IMG/VR virus record: IMGVR_UViG_3300030490_000001
Source of the DNA: a virus
DNA: 64,000 nt
Strand: one strand, 5' to 3'
The notes beneath the pieces were generated by a model, which saw only the letters and a list, made by a program, of their open reading frames with translations, searched no databases and had not been told where the DNA came from. Shown piece by piece: positions 7,562 to 17,029 of the stretch. The translations under genes and the position numbers were made by a program. Every line of letters begins with the position of its first letter. Positions within the stretch are counted from its first letter, which is position 1.

Positions 7562-7587
7562 CAAATATGATTGGGCGCTGTCAACAC

Positions 7588-10431
7588 CTATAACAACTCG
7601 CTTTCACTCTCGACCGAGCGACCGCCGAACCCAATCAGCTCCAGCGGCAACGTGGTTACGCGCGTCTTGATGCCGTTGAACTTGAGCTGCTTTCCAGCTC
7701 CGTTACCAGCGCCAGGCAGTCGTGAGAAGGCCGCGCGCGGGTCGGTGGCGAATGGAGTGCCGGCCAGCAGCTTACGTATCGCGCTGGCGGAGTTGGATAG
7801 CGCCAGCTTTGTGCCGTCCAGTGCTATTCCATGCTGCCTCAGTTCGGTTCGCGCCTGGCGCCCTTCCAGGGTTCGGCCCTCCACCTCCTCGCCAAGCGCA
7901 AAGCTGATCAGGTTGTGCACGCTGTGCTTTGTGCCCATGACCATGATGAATGACCCCATCAGCTCCTCCAGTGCACTTTGCGAGTCGTCAGACTCTGCCT
8001 GCTCGGCGTACTCAGTCCAGTCGAACTGATTCATAAAGGCGAGGGCCTGCTCATCCGTCACCAGACCGGAGTTCATCAGCGACCAGGCGCCAGCCATCAT
8101 GGTGCCGTACTGATCGCCGTCGCGCTGGTTACCGAACTTGGCTGCAGCCACTTTGGTGAAGGTGTCGATGTTCTGCAGGACGATCGGCATCATGTCGATC
8201 ACGCGCCGCAGCATACGCCCACGCAGGTCCGTATCGCGCTCCATCCAATGGAGCTCATCCTTGACCTTGACCCAGTTGGCCGCCGCGTCAGGGTCGCCGC
8301 GCGAGGTCCTGAGCGTGAGCACCGACAAGCGGTCGATGTCGGCTTTCTTGTCCATACCAACGTAGATCGATGCAAGGCAGAACATGCTCCTGACGTGGAA
8401 CGCCATGCCGCTACCGGATATGGTGCCCTTGAGTGTCTTGGCATCCGACTCGCTCGACGACTGGCGGATCAGCGAGAGCATGTTTTCTATGCGCGCGGTT
8501 TCGCGCTCGCCATTGGATTCAGCCTCGTCAAGTAGCACGGGGACGGACGTGGAGCCGATCGCTTGCCGTACACCTGACTCCGTCGAGTTTCCTTGGGCGT
8601 ACTCGCATGCCTTCTTTCCAAGGAGGGCGTATACGTACCGCTGCATAATGGTTGACTTACCGTTACCGGCTGGGCCGGTGAGCCATACATGGGGGCGCCA
8701 CTTGAGCGCGCCACATATCGGAGACAGGAACGTCCAGCCGGCAAGCAGTGCTGCCGATGAGTCGCGTTGCCAGCGGAACATTTTTGATACGCCAAAGAGA
8801 CGCTGACCCTCCTCGTCGGAGAGTGGGGTATCGGATGGAGGAGGGAGCGGGAGGGTTTGCTCATATACGTATTCCGACTTGATCTCTGTAACGTCCATCC
8901 TGGCACCGTCGACGCTCAAGTAGCTTCCATGATGAAAGACATGACGACCCTTGTCGGTCCAAGCGCCGCCGGCACGTACGCGGGCGCGGTCGTAAATCCC
9001 GCGCCGGTGAGCGGTGCGGATAATGAAGTTGGCTGCAGCGTTGACGTTGCAGCCATTCTTGCCGGGGAAGTGGATTTCCCACCACTGGAGATCGGCAATC
9101 TCCATCAGGCCAGACATGGAGAATGACCCGCGCGTGTAGTCCATGATCTGCTTTTTTTCGTGCAGGAAAATGAAGTACAGATCGCGGTCATAGCCGAGGA
9201 TGGTGAAGCCGAGTTGCTCCTCAAACTCGCGCGCAGCCAGGTCGGCCGCCTCGTGCTGGGTACGTGCCTGCCTAGGCGCCTGGGGAACCTCGCGCGCTGC
9301 CTCGCTGAATTGCGGCTCACCCTCCCATGGCAGCGGTTCATCGGACGTGAGTGGGTCCTTGGTCTCCGCTTCCGGTGGGTACAGCACGGCATTGATACAC
9401 GCTTCGACGTCGGCCAGTCCCTCGCGAGCGTGCAAATCGTTGAAGTCGGTGGGCTTGCCATCCAGGTCATCAAACTGCGGTATCGCGACCAGACCACCGA
9501 CCGCATGCGCGGCCTTCGTGGCGTAATGCACGCCCGGGTTGTTGACCGGTATGACCGTGAACTGGTCGTTGTCGGCCGCAAACAGGATCAGGGCATCTGG
9601 GAACTTGGCGCGGATCGCCTCGCCTACTGGCTGCAGGTTAGCCGAGTCGAACGCCACCACAACGGCATGGCCGGTCGCCTCGTGAATGCTGGAGCCAGTG
9701 GCGAAGCCCTCGGCGACAACGAACAGGAACTTCCCGTCTGCGCTCTTTTTCGGCTGGCCGATCGGAAAGAAGTTTCCGCGCTTGGCGCCGCCAGTTAGGT
9801 AAAGCTTTGGGAACTTGCCGTCATCGCCCGGCTTGGCAGGGATGGCCTGAATAGAGTGCGTGGCCTTGTTGAAGTCGCGAAGCTGGATAAGCAGAGCTTT
9901 CCGGTAGGTGAACTTGACCTCACCAGTGTCCTTGTCGAACACGGGGAAGTCGCCGACGCGTGCGCCGGATGCATTGATGCCCTTGAGCCCAAGGTACCCA
10001 TGCGACCCGTCTGATGGCGTGGCGTCATTCCAGATACCGGCAGCCAGCTTGGCCTTTTCCGCGCGCTCATCGCGAATTTTCTCATCGCGTTCCGCCTGGC
10101 GCGCCTTCATGTCAATTTCAAGCTGCTTGCGCTCATCGGCGCTCATCGGCACGCGGTCGGACTGCGCGGGCTTCCACGTGAAGGCGTGGTCAGTACCGTA
10201 GCGCTTGTTGCAGCCAAAGGTGCCATTAGGGTGGCTATCCGCATGCAGCTTGTACCAGCCGGTGCCGGACTTTTTCTTGTCGCCCGCTACGTCGTACCGC
10301 TCAAGCTTGCCGCTGGCGATGATCGTCTCATGGCTCGCCGGGCCGATACCTTCATCGCACATCGCATCGCGGAACTGCGCGATGATTTCGATCTCGGAGA
10401 GCATTGGTGCTCGATTATTCTTATGGTCCAT
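7588..10431 (-). CDS. bifunctional DNA primase / SF3 (D5/P4-alpha-like) helicase
   Basis: 947 aa. A Toprim-like acidic motif (LILFAADNDQF) lies in the N-terminal half. The C-terminal half has the Walker A motif GPAGNGKST and LLDEAE. Size and layout are typical of phage/plasmid primase-helicases. Confidence 0.88.
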   Translation of the reverse strand: MDHKNNRAPMLSEIEIIAQFRDAMCDEGIGPASHETIIASGKLERYDVAGDKKKSGTGWYKLHADSHPNGTFGCNKRYGTDHAFTWKPAQSDRVPMSADERKQLEIDMKARQAERDEKIRDERAEKAKLAAGIWNDATPSDGSHGYLGLKGINASGARVGDFPVFDKDTGEVKFTYRKALLIQLRDFNKATHSIQAIPAKPGDDGKFPKLYLTGGAKRGNFFPIGQPKKSADGKFLFVVAEGFATGSSIHEATGHAVVVAFDSANLQPVGEAIRAKFPDALILFAADNDQFTVIPVNNPGVHYATKAAHAVGGLVAIPQFDDLDGKPTDFNDLHAREGLADVEACINAVLYPPEAETKDPLTSDEPLPWEGEPQFSEAAREVPQAPRQARTQHEAADLAAREFEEQLGFTILGYDRDLYFIFLHEKKQIMDYTRGSFSMSGLMEIADLQWWEIHFPGKNGCNVNAAANFIIRTAHRRGIYDRARVRAGGAWTDKGRHVFHHGSYLSVDGARMDVTEIKSEYVYEQTLPLPPPSDTPLSDEEGQRLFGVSKMFRWQRDSSAALLAGWTFLSPICGALKWRPHVWLTGPAGNGKSTIMQRYVYALLGKKACEYAQGNSTESGVRQAIGSTSVPVLLDEAESNGERETARIENMLSLIRQSSSESDAKTLKGTISGSGMAFHVRSMFCLASIYVGMDKKADIDRLSVLTLRTSRGDPDAAANWVKVKDELHWMERDTDLRGRMLRRVIDMMPIVLQNIDTFTKVAAAKFGNQRDGDQYGTMMAGAWSLMNSGLVTDEQALAFMNQFDWTEYAEQAESDDSQSALEELMGSFIMVMGTKHSVHNLISFALGEEVEGRTLEGRQARTELRQHGIALDGTKLALSNSASAIRKLLAGTPFATDPRAAFSRLPGAGNGAGKQLKFNGIKTRVTTLPLELIGFGGRSVESESELL

Positions 10432-10526
10432 CTTCTCTGCTCAGAAGCTGCTAATAGGAAGCGCTTCGGTCGGCACGTAGCAGACGTGTTTTCGGGGATC
10501 AACCTAGGCCGCGCGCTGTTAGTTGG

Positions 10527-10967
10527 CTACTTGTTCACCGCGCCATTGAAGTCGCGGACTAGCCCTTGTGCTTGCTCGGGCGATGATGCAAACCCGGCGA
10601 TGCCGCCGGCCCCGCAGATCTGCTCGATGAAATTTTTCTGTTCCTTGCGCTTGGTGCCGCCGGTGGAGTTCTTGGTCTCGATAGCCGTGTAGATGGCGAC
10701 CCTTCGGCCGACCAACTCTGGCGTCACGACTATGGACGTCCATCCTTGCAGGTCTGACGCGCCCTTCAATGCGTCACCGGACGGGGTCGAGAATCCAATC
10801 GCAATGGAGCGCGCGGCCTTGATCACGACCGATCCATCAGTGAGCTGTATCACGCCGTCAGGGCCTAGGCCGGAGATCCAGCCGCGCCCGGTGTTGAGGC
10901 GAAAGAGTCTGGTGCCGAGGTGCGCGACGGCACCCCACACCATGCGCATGACGTTGTTCTCTTTCAC
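10527..10967 (-). CDS. VRR-NUC domain nuclease
   Basis: 146 aa. GASDLQGW ... AIETK fits the D..(D/E)xK pattern and size of VRR-NUC proteins. Confidence 0.7.
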   Translation of the reverse strand: MKENNVMRMVWGAVAHLGTRLFRLNTGRGWISGLGPDGVIQLTDGSVVIKAARSIAIGFSTPSGDALKGASDLQGWTSIVVTPELVGRRVAIYTAIETKNSTGGTKRKEQKNFIEQICGAGGIAGFASSPEQAQGLVRDFNGAVNK

Positions 10968-11407
10968 AGATCGGTATCCGCAATGGTGTAGTGGCGCGGG
11001 TTCTTGTCCGCGTACTGCGCGCGCAGTTTTGGCATGAGCGACTCGAATCGCGCGCGGAGATCCATGTAGGCATCGATCCGGCTTGGCGGCCGATCATCCG
11101 TCAGCTTGCCGGAGTGCTTGGCCTCGATCAGGATGTTGATACACGCCAGCGCGTTAGCGAGATGGGGCGTACCGTCCGTGGGATCGTCTTCCTGGCCTTC
11201 CCACCATGAGTCAATGTGGCGGCTCAGTGCAGATACGTAGATCGATGCACGAGCACCTGCGACGCGGTAGTTGTGCGCGCCGTACTTGATGTTTCCGAGG
11301 TAGTGCGCTATCGCCTGGTAGAGCTTGACGATCGGGGAGACGAGATGCATCGGTGCTTTATCGATCGCGATGGCGTCCTTAGGGTTGAGCAGATCGGTGT
11401 CTTTCAT
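10964..11407 (-). CDS. DUF5664-like dATP/dGTP pyrophosphohydrolase-domain protein
   Basis: ORF trimmed to ATG 11407 (MKDTDLL..). The pattern DKAP..L.P...........G..KYG..NYR....A.....SAL.RH...WW.G..DDP.DG.PHLANALAC...LIE matches my memory of that family. Confidence 0.6.
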   Translation of the reverse strand: MKDTDLLNPKDAIAIDKAPMHLVSPIVKLYQAIAHYLGNIKYGAHNYRVAGARASIYVSALSRHIDSWWEGQEDDPTDGTPHLANALACINILIEAKHSGKLTDDRPPSRIDAYMDLRARFESLMPKLRAQYADKNPRHYTIADTDL

Positions 11408-11987
11408 TCCTGATCCTATGCCAGTACGCCTTTCGGGCGATGGAAATTTTCTGCCTTGCCTCATCCGACAGGGCGTGAGGCTTGCGGTCCTTTAGGGCTG
11501 CCTTTAGGTTTGCCCGGTGGTCGTCCGACATCGGCCCGCGAATAAGTCCTAGCGCATGTCGGTTGCCGCGCTGCGCGTCCGACATCCTTGCCCGCGTTGC
11601 GTCCGACTTTCTGACTCCCTTCATCGTTGCGGAGATCTTTTCTCGCTCGTGATCAGGCCTTACGCGGCCAACGTTGTACGTGTTACCGGTTTGTCGCACG
11701 GATACGTCGCGAGCGTGCCGCCTGCGTAGCCAGCCGTACGCCTTGTTTCCGGTGCATTGCTTCGCCATGCGCACCGCTGCCGTGGCGAGTCCGCGAGCAG
11801 ACGGGTGAATCCTTGTCAGAAGCTGATGCGCCACGTAGTGCTCCTCTGCCGTGAGATCCACGAGATTGGATAGCTCATCACCGCCGCCCATGCATCGCGG
11901 CAAGATGTGGTGACGCTCTTTGTATCCGTCGACCAACCTTTCCCTTGCGCGGGCAATGAGTCGTTCGTAGTGGTCGAGGTACCGCAT
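11379..11987 (-). CDS. HNH homing endonuclease with NUMOD3-like repeats
   Basis: 202 aa. HHILPRCMGG..NLV.LT.EEH..AH is an HNH motif. The C-terminus has repeated basic S/T..R..MS segments. It is free-standing between ssb and the DUF5664 gene and overlaps the latter by 29 nt. Confidence 0.8.
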   Translation of the reverse strand: MRYLDHYERLIARARERLVDGYKERHHILPRCMGGGDELSNLVDLTAEEHYVAHQLLTRIHPSARGLATAAVRMAKQCTGNKAYGWLRRRHARDVSVRQTGNTYNVGRVRPDHEREKISATMKGVRKSDATRARMSDAQRGNRHALGLIRGPMSDDHRANLKAALKDRKPHALSDEARQKISIARKAYWHRIRNERHRSAQP

Positions 11988-12048
11988 AAAAGAACGGAGC
12001 GCTCCTGGTGGATGCGCCCCGATCCAACTAGCAACCTAGAATGGTTGT

Positions 12049-12531
12049 CTAGAATGGGATCTCATCGTCGTCGAAGGCGCCGCCGCTCGACTGCTGACTC
12101 CCGCCCTGCTGCTGGCCGCTGGTGCGCTGCTGCTGGCCTCCATTATTGGTGTCACGACTTCCGTTGCCGCCGGAGTTTCCGCCGCTGCGCTGACCATCAT
12201 CCTTGCTGCCGAGCATCTTCATTTCGTGGCACACCACCTTCGTGGTGTAGCGCTCGATGCCTTCCTTGTCAGTGTACTTCTCGGTCTCGTTGCGACCCTC
12301 CAGGTACACCAGCGAACCTTTCTTGAGGTACTCGCCGCAGATCTCGGCCAACTTGCCCCATATGACGATGCGGTGCCATTCGGTCTTTTCCTGCTTGTTT
12401 CCCTGCTTGTCTTTCCACTTATCGGAAGTGGCGACGCTGAAATTCGCGACGGCGTTGCCGTTGCTGATGAACTTCACTTCCGGGTCGTTGCCGAGGCGTC
12501 CTACAAGGATGGTTTTGCTCATTGATGACAT
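12049..12531 (-). CDS. ssb: single-stranded DNA-binding protein
   Basis: ORF trimmed to ATG 12531 ([18 protein letters not shown]..). It has an OB-fold SSB N-terminus, a Gly/Gln-rich linker and the acidic tip DDDEIPF. Confidence 0.9.
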   Translation of the reverse strand: MSSMSKTILVGRLGNDPEVKFISNGNAVANFSVATSDKWKDKQGNKQEKTEWHRIVIWGKLAEICGEYLKKGSLVYLEGRNETEKYTDKEGIERYTTKVVCHEMKMLGSKDDGQRSGGNSGGNGSRDTNNGGQQQRTSGQQQGGSQQSSGGAFDDDEIPF

Positions 12532-12560
12532 GGGAGTTGCCTCTCTACTGTGGGTGCCTG

Positions 12561-14186
12561 CTAGGCGGCTTGTTTCTCTGCCCGGTACTGGGCAAAGCGT
12601 TCTTTCAATTCCTTCAAAGCCTTTGGCTTGTAGGTTTTGAGGTCGGATAGAGCGACGTTGAAGATCGACAGGGAGGACTGCCCGGTGTCCTTTCGCCACT
12701 GCTGGAAATCGTCGATGAGGCCGTTGCGCAAGGCCTCTTTCTCTTGGCGCGCGGCTGCTATGTGATTCGCGCGCTCCATGCTGTAGCCGAGCTTTGCGAC
12801 CATCTCGTCAGCGGTTCGAGCCTTCCCCTGGTCGCGGCGCTGCGCGATCGCCATCTGCTCGCGCATCTCTGGCGTGATCTCCTCCAGCTCACCCTCAACC
12901 TCTTCCAGGTTGCGTTTCCGCTCGGGGTAGATGAATCCGCAGGCGGGACACTGCGGAGCTGGCTCGTGCACGAGAAAGCACTGCGTGCACTGCTTTAGGC
13001 CGATGGTCGCCTCGTCGTTCCTTTTCTTGACCTTCTTGACCTTGCCGTCGAGCGACCACTCGCGGTCGTCGTCGGCAAAGCCATGCTTGAAGGTAAGGCC
13101 AGCATGGTCGAGCACATAGAAGTGGTCGCCCTTTGGTCCATCCAGCATCGCTGCGTGACGATCCTCGATCGTTTCCTGGCTGTAACCATCGGCATACATC
13201 GGGCGCGAGCCACGGCCAACCGTCTGCAGATATGACACCAGCGACAGTGTCGGGCGCAGCAGGATCACGCACTTGATCGCAGGACAGTCGACGCCCTCTA
13301 CCAGCAACATGGCGAACGTGATCACCTTGATCTCGCCTGACTCAAGCCTGCGCAGCGCGCGGTCACGTTCGGCGGATTCGTCCTCACCGGAGAGCGCCAC
13401 GGCAGGAATACCGGCTGCGTTGAACTCCGCCGCGACGTGCTCGGCGTGCTTCACGTTGGCGCACCACGCTACCGCCGGTGCGCCCGGGCAGATACGGCGC
13501 CAGTGGGCAATGGCGTTGCCGGTAATGACCGGCTTGTCCATCACCTTCGCGACCTCGTCCATGTCCAGGTCGTTGCCCTTCGTGTTGACCTCAGTCATGT
13601 CGGGCGCGGTAGGCGACGCGTACACGACCGGACGCAGCAGGAAGCGATGGCGCACCAGCTCGCGGAAAGAGATACCCACAACCATCTCGTCGAACGTGCC
13701 GCCGGCATGGCGGCCGAGTCCCTTACCGTCCAGGCGTCGAGCAGTCGCGGTAACGCCCAGAATTTTTGTCTTGGGGTTCAGTGCAACCAGATGCAAAAGG
13801 ACTTTGGTGTATGAGGGCGTAGCCGATAGGTGCGCCTCATCAATGACGATGATGTCAAAGCCCTGCTTGATCTTGTCGAGCCGTCGCACGAGGGTCTGCA
13901 CGGATGCGACCTGGACAGGCTTGAAAAGGCTCGGGGTGTAGGCGGCCATGATGAGGCCGTGGTCGACACCGTTTGCCCTGAGCTTGGCGCTGGCCTGTTT
14001 GAGCAGCATGTCGCGGTGCGCAAGCACCAGCACGCGGCGCCCTTTTTGGGCGGCCTGAGTCGTGATGTAGCTGAAGATCACTGTCTTGCCCGCGCCGGTG
14101 GCGAGCACTAGCAGGACGGCGGCAACTTTGCGGAATGCCTCGCGGACTTTGTTAGCCGCGTCACTCTGATAAAAGCGAAGCTTCAT
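12561..14186 (-). CDS. SF2 DEAD/DEAH-box DNA helicase
   Basis: 541 aa. It has FYQ, Walker A TGAGKT, a DEAH box (VIDEAH) and a C-terminal CxxC..CxxC zinc ribbon. Confidence 0.85.
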   Translation of the reverse strand: MKLRFYQSDAANKVREAFRKVAAVLLVLATGAGKTVIFSYITTQAAQKGRRVLVLAHRDMLLKQASAKLRANGVDHGLIMAAYTPSLFKPVQVASVQTLVRRLDKIKQGFDIIVIDEAHLSATPSYTKVLLHLVALNPKTKILGVTATARRLDGKGLGRHAGGTFDEMVVGISFRELVRHRFLLRPVVYASPTAPDMTEVNTKGNDLDMDEVAKVMDKPVITGNAIAHWRRICPGAPAVAWCANVKHAEHVAAEFNAAGIPAVALSGEDESAERDRALRRLESGEIKVITFAMLLVEGVDCPAIKCVILLRPTLSLVSYLQTVGRGSRPMYADGYSQETIEDRHAAMLDGPKGDHFYVLDHAGLTFKHGFADDDREWSLDGKVKKVKKRNDEATIGLKQCTQCFLVHEPAPQCPACGFIYPERKRNLEEVEGELEEITPEMREQMAIAQRRDQGKARTADEMVAKLGYSMERANHIAAARQEKEALRNGLIDDFQQWRKDTGQSSLSIFNVALSDLKTYKPKALKELKERFAQYRAEKQAA

Positions 14187-14240
14187 CCATCACAAAGCGC
14201 GGATTTAAGGGAGGGTCCGCGCCCTTCGGGCTGTCGTGGG

Positions 14241-14286
14241 CAAAAAAATAGGCCGGAGCCCCTGCTCAGGGGCCTACCGGCCTATT
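14241..14286 (-). terminator. strong hairpin plus T7 (minus-strand rho-independent terminator, possibly bidirectional)
   Basis: ATAGGCCGG..CCGGCCTAT forms a 9-bp outer stem with an inner GCCCCTG/CAGGGGC stem. It is flanked by A7 on the plus strand, which is T7 on the minus strand. It lies between motif site 5 and the helicase start. Confidence 0.7.
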
Positions 14287-14290
14287 TGAA

Positions 14291-14300
14291 TGTCACGACT
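14291..14300 (-). promoter_or_regulatory. TCGTGAC-core motif site 5
   Basis: Reads ctcaaaaaaAGTCGTGACAttcaa on the minus strand. It starts 16 nt after the stop of the HTH gene, and the terminator hairpin follows before helicase ATG 14186. Confidence 0.6.
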
Positions 14301-14316
14301 TTTTTTGAGTAACAGG

Positions 14317-14559
14317 TTATCGCTTACGGGCTTCCGCTTTCTTATGGGCGACGATCACCTCTTCCATGGTGTCGATGATCTCGATCGTCTTAGGCAACTT
14401 GCGACGCCATCGATCCGGCGTAGCGCGTGAGATGCCGGCACGTGCGCATACTTTCGTCAGGTTGATGCCGGCCCTATTTGCGTCGTCAATGATTGTTTCC
14501 AGCCGTTCGAGAAAGACCTCCCCGAACGTTTCTCTCTTGGCTTGCGGCTCCTTGCTCAT
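14317..14559 (-). CDS. helix-turn-helix DNA-binding regulator
   Basis: 80 aa. INLTKVCARAGISRATPDRWRRK looks like an HTH. The gene is divergent from the operator-rich 14560-14774 region. Confidence 0.6.
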   Translation of the reverse strand: MSKEPQAKRETFGEVFLERLETIIDDANRAGINLTKVCARAGISRATPDRWRRKLPKTIEIIDTMEEVIVAHKKAEARKR

Positions 14560-14618
14560 GAAAGGAATCCCCTTGGGTTGTTTGCGTTGCCGGATGGTAT
14601 CCGCAAGCCTGCGTGGTA

Positions 14619-14738
14619 GTCAAATTCGATCAAAAGGTATCAGCTAAAAAGTCGTGACACTACAAATTCACCCCTAAGTTCGGTGGCTAGATGATCAAAA
14701 ACATGTTGATCTTTTTTGATCAACTAAATATGATCAAT
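14619..14738. promoter_or_regulatory. operator-rich divergent control region (HTH gene versus recombination operon)
   Basis: TCAAATTCGATCAAAA precedes motif site 6. After it come TGATCAA 14692, TTGATC 14706, TTGATCAA 14716 and TGATCAA 14731. Confidence 0.55.
14650..14659 (+). promoter_or_regulatory. TCGTGAC-core motif site 6
   Basis: Reads gctaaaaAGTCGTGACActaca. There are 115 nt to ATG 14775, with GATC operators in between. Confidence 0.6.
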
Positions 14739-14774
14739 GCCACACGAACAAAACCCAAAGGGGGAATAGCTTAG

Positions 14775-15626
14775 ATGTCGCAGGAAAAGCAGCCAATTGG
14801 TCTGTTCCCAAGCATGACCAATGACGAGTACCACTCCGCGCCAGGTGACTCCAGCTCGACCATCAAGGCCGTAATGGAACGCTCCCTCCTCCACTACTGG
14901 TACGACTACGAAAACCACGATCGCGACGCGGACGAGGATGATCAGGACGACGACGAAGGTCATGACCTCGACCTCGGCACCGTGATCCATGGAGCCATCC
15001 TTGAGCCGGATCTACTGCATGAGATGTACGTAGTGTCCCCGCCGTTCAATCGCCGCACGACAGCCGGACGCGTTGAGCGCAAGGCGTTCTTTGCCGAGCA
15101 TCGTGGCGTTGCCGTCCTGACCGAGAAAGAGGTCAAGGCCGTCTACGCCATACGCGACCGTCTCTACAAGCACCCGAAGATCTCCGCGCTACTGCAGGGT
15201 GGCCGCGCCGAGCAGTCCTTTTTCTCCCGCTGCCCGCGCACCGGGATGATTCGCAAGTGTCGCCCTGACTTCATGCATGACAACGGCTTCGCGGTCATCG
15301 ACGTCAAGTCGGCAGCGACCGCTCACCCGAAAGAGTTCAGTCGTGACGCTGGCAAGTTCGCCTATGACATCTCCGTGCCGTGGTACCTCGACACGATCAA
15401 GGATCTCTACGGCGAGGCGCCGCAACACTTCATCTTCATCCCCATCGAGAAGATCGCTCCATATGCGATGGGCTTGTACTACTGCAAGCCCGCCGATATC
15501 GAGCGCGCGCGCGCGTCTTACCAGAAGCACTGGGATCGCCTCCTCGAAGCACGCAAGACCAACTACTGGCCCGACTACGCCGACGAGGCGCAGCCGCTTG
15601 ACCTCCCTCCTTACCTGATCCGCTGA
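14775..15626 (+). CDS. PD-(D/E)XK (RecB/Cas4-like) exonuclease
   Basis: 283 aa. RPDFMHDNGFAVIDVKSA provides D...D.K. It is the first gene of the recombination operon. Confidence 0.7.
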   Translation: MSQEKQPIGLFPSMTNDEYHSAPGDSSSTIKAVMERSLLHYWYDYENHDRDADEDDQDDDEGHDLDLGTVIHGAILEPDLLHEMYVVSPPFNRRTTAGRVERKAFFAEHRGVAVLTEKEVKAVYAIRDRLYKHPKISALLQGGRAEQSFFSRCPRTGMIRKCRPDFMHDNGFAVIDVKSAATAHPKEFSRDAGKFAYDISVPWYLDTIKDLYGEAPQHFIFIPIEKIAPYAMGLYYCKPADIERARASYQKHWDRLLEARKTNYWPDYADEAQPLDLPPYLIR

Positions 15627-15632
15627 GAAGCC

Positions 15633-16991
15633 ATGAAAATCGCCCACGTAAAAATCACCAACGTGCTCGGGATCACCGAGCTGGAATTCACCCCGCAGGG
15701 GTTCAATGAGATCACCGGTCGCAATGGTGAAGGCAAGACATCCGTTCTGGAGGCGATCAAGGCGTGCCTCAACACGGGCCATGACGCCACGCTGCTACGC
15801 AGGGGTGCCAAAGAGGGCGAGGTAGTGCTCGTGCTTGACGGTCAGGGCATGGAGATCAAAAAGCGGATCAAGGCCGACTCCAGCCCGACCGAAGTGCGCC
15901 AGGGTGGCAAAAAGGTTTCCCGCCCGGCTGAGGCGCTCCGCTCATTCGCCGACATGCTCGCCATCAACCCGGTGGACTTCCTACGCGCGCCCAAGAAAGA
16001 CCGCGTTCGCGTGCTGCTGGAGACGATGCCTATCGAGGTGGATACCGAGAAGCTGTCGGAGATGGCCGGGATTGCCATCAATCCCGACACCGGTCTGCCC
16101 GCGCTAACGCTGATCGATACCGTTCACAGCCAGGTCTACGACAACCGTACGGGCACGAATCGTGCGGTGAAGGAAAAGCAGGCCACGATCGCACAGCTCA
16201 GTGCCGCGATACCCCCCTCCCCCATGGGCGCGGATGGTGACGAGGATGACCTCACGAATGCCATCACCGAAATCGACAGCAACCGCGACGCCGAGCTGCG
16301 CCGTATTTCGGCAAAGCTGGACGGCTTACGGTCGGAACGCGATAACGAGCTGCAGGATCTACGCGATACGCTGGAGAAGCGCATCGCCGCGATACGCGAG
16401 GAGCTGGAGGCGCGCATCAATGCGATCCGCGAGGAGCTGACGAAAGAGGCTGACTCGATCAAAGAGGCGTTCAACGACAACGAGCGCAAGGCCAATCTGC
16501 AGCGCGAAAAATCCACCAACCGCGCAACTGAGTCGCGTGGGCCGCTCGCTGAGCAACTGGCCGTGATCAGGAACGACCGCGAGGCCGCCGGCCGCCGCGC
16601 GCAGACCATCGACACGATCACCAATCTGGAAACGGAGCTGGAGGGCCTTGTCGACGAGGCGGCGCAGCAAACACGCGCCCTCTCCGACATCGAGAAGTAC
16701 AAGTCCGAATTGCTGGACTCCCTGCCCATCCCAGGGCTCGAAGTGAAAGGCGGCGAGGTGTTCCGCAATGGCGTTCAGTTCGATCGTCTCAATACCGCGC
16801 AGCAGGTTGATATCGCAGTGGAAATCGCGAAGTTGCGCGCCGGTGGACTGGGCGTGATCTGCGTGGACGGCATCGAACTCCTCGATTCTGGCGCATTCGA
16901 TGCATTCAAGACCCGTTCGATCGAGAGCGGGCTGCAACTCTTTGTAAGCAAAGTTTCAGACGACGACTTTTCGATTAACACGGACGCGTAA
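15633..16991 (+). CDS. SMC/RecF-like AAA ATPase with a long coiled coil
   Basis: 452 aa. The N-terminal P-loop is GRNGEGKTSVLEAI, the central region is coiled coil, and the C-terminal VICVDGIELLD resembles Walker B. Confidence 0.7.
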   Translation: MKIAHVKITNVLGITELEFTPQGFNEITGRNGEGKTSVLEAIKACLNTGHDATLLRRGAKEGEVVLVLDGQGMEIKKRIKADSSPTEVRQGGKKVSRPAEALRSFADMLAINPVDFLRAPKKDRVRVLLETMPIEVDTEKLSEMAGIAINPDTGLPALTLIDTVHSQVYDNRTGTNRAVKEKQATIAQLSAAIPPSPMGADGDEDDLTNAITEIDSNRDAELRRISAKLDGLRSERDNELQDLRDTLEKRIAAIREELEARINAIREELTKEADSIKEAFNDNERKANLQREKSTNRATESRGPLAEQLAVIRNDREAAGRRAQTIDTITNLETELEGLVDEAAQQTRALSDIEKYKSELLDSLPIPGLEVKGGEVFRNGVQFDRLNTAQQVDIAVEIAKLRAGGLGVICVDGIELLDSGAFDAFKTRSIESGLQLFVSKVSDDDFSINTDA

Positions 16992-17029
16992 CCCCATACG
17001 CGACATACATCACAAAAAAGAGAACACAT

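Noticed and set aside
7571-8029. A plus-strand ORF (152 aa, TTG start) lies downstream of orphan motif site 4.
   Set aside because: It is entirely antisense to the primase-helicase C-terminus. It is Ser/Pro/Leu-rich and has no SD, so it is probably a shadow ORF.
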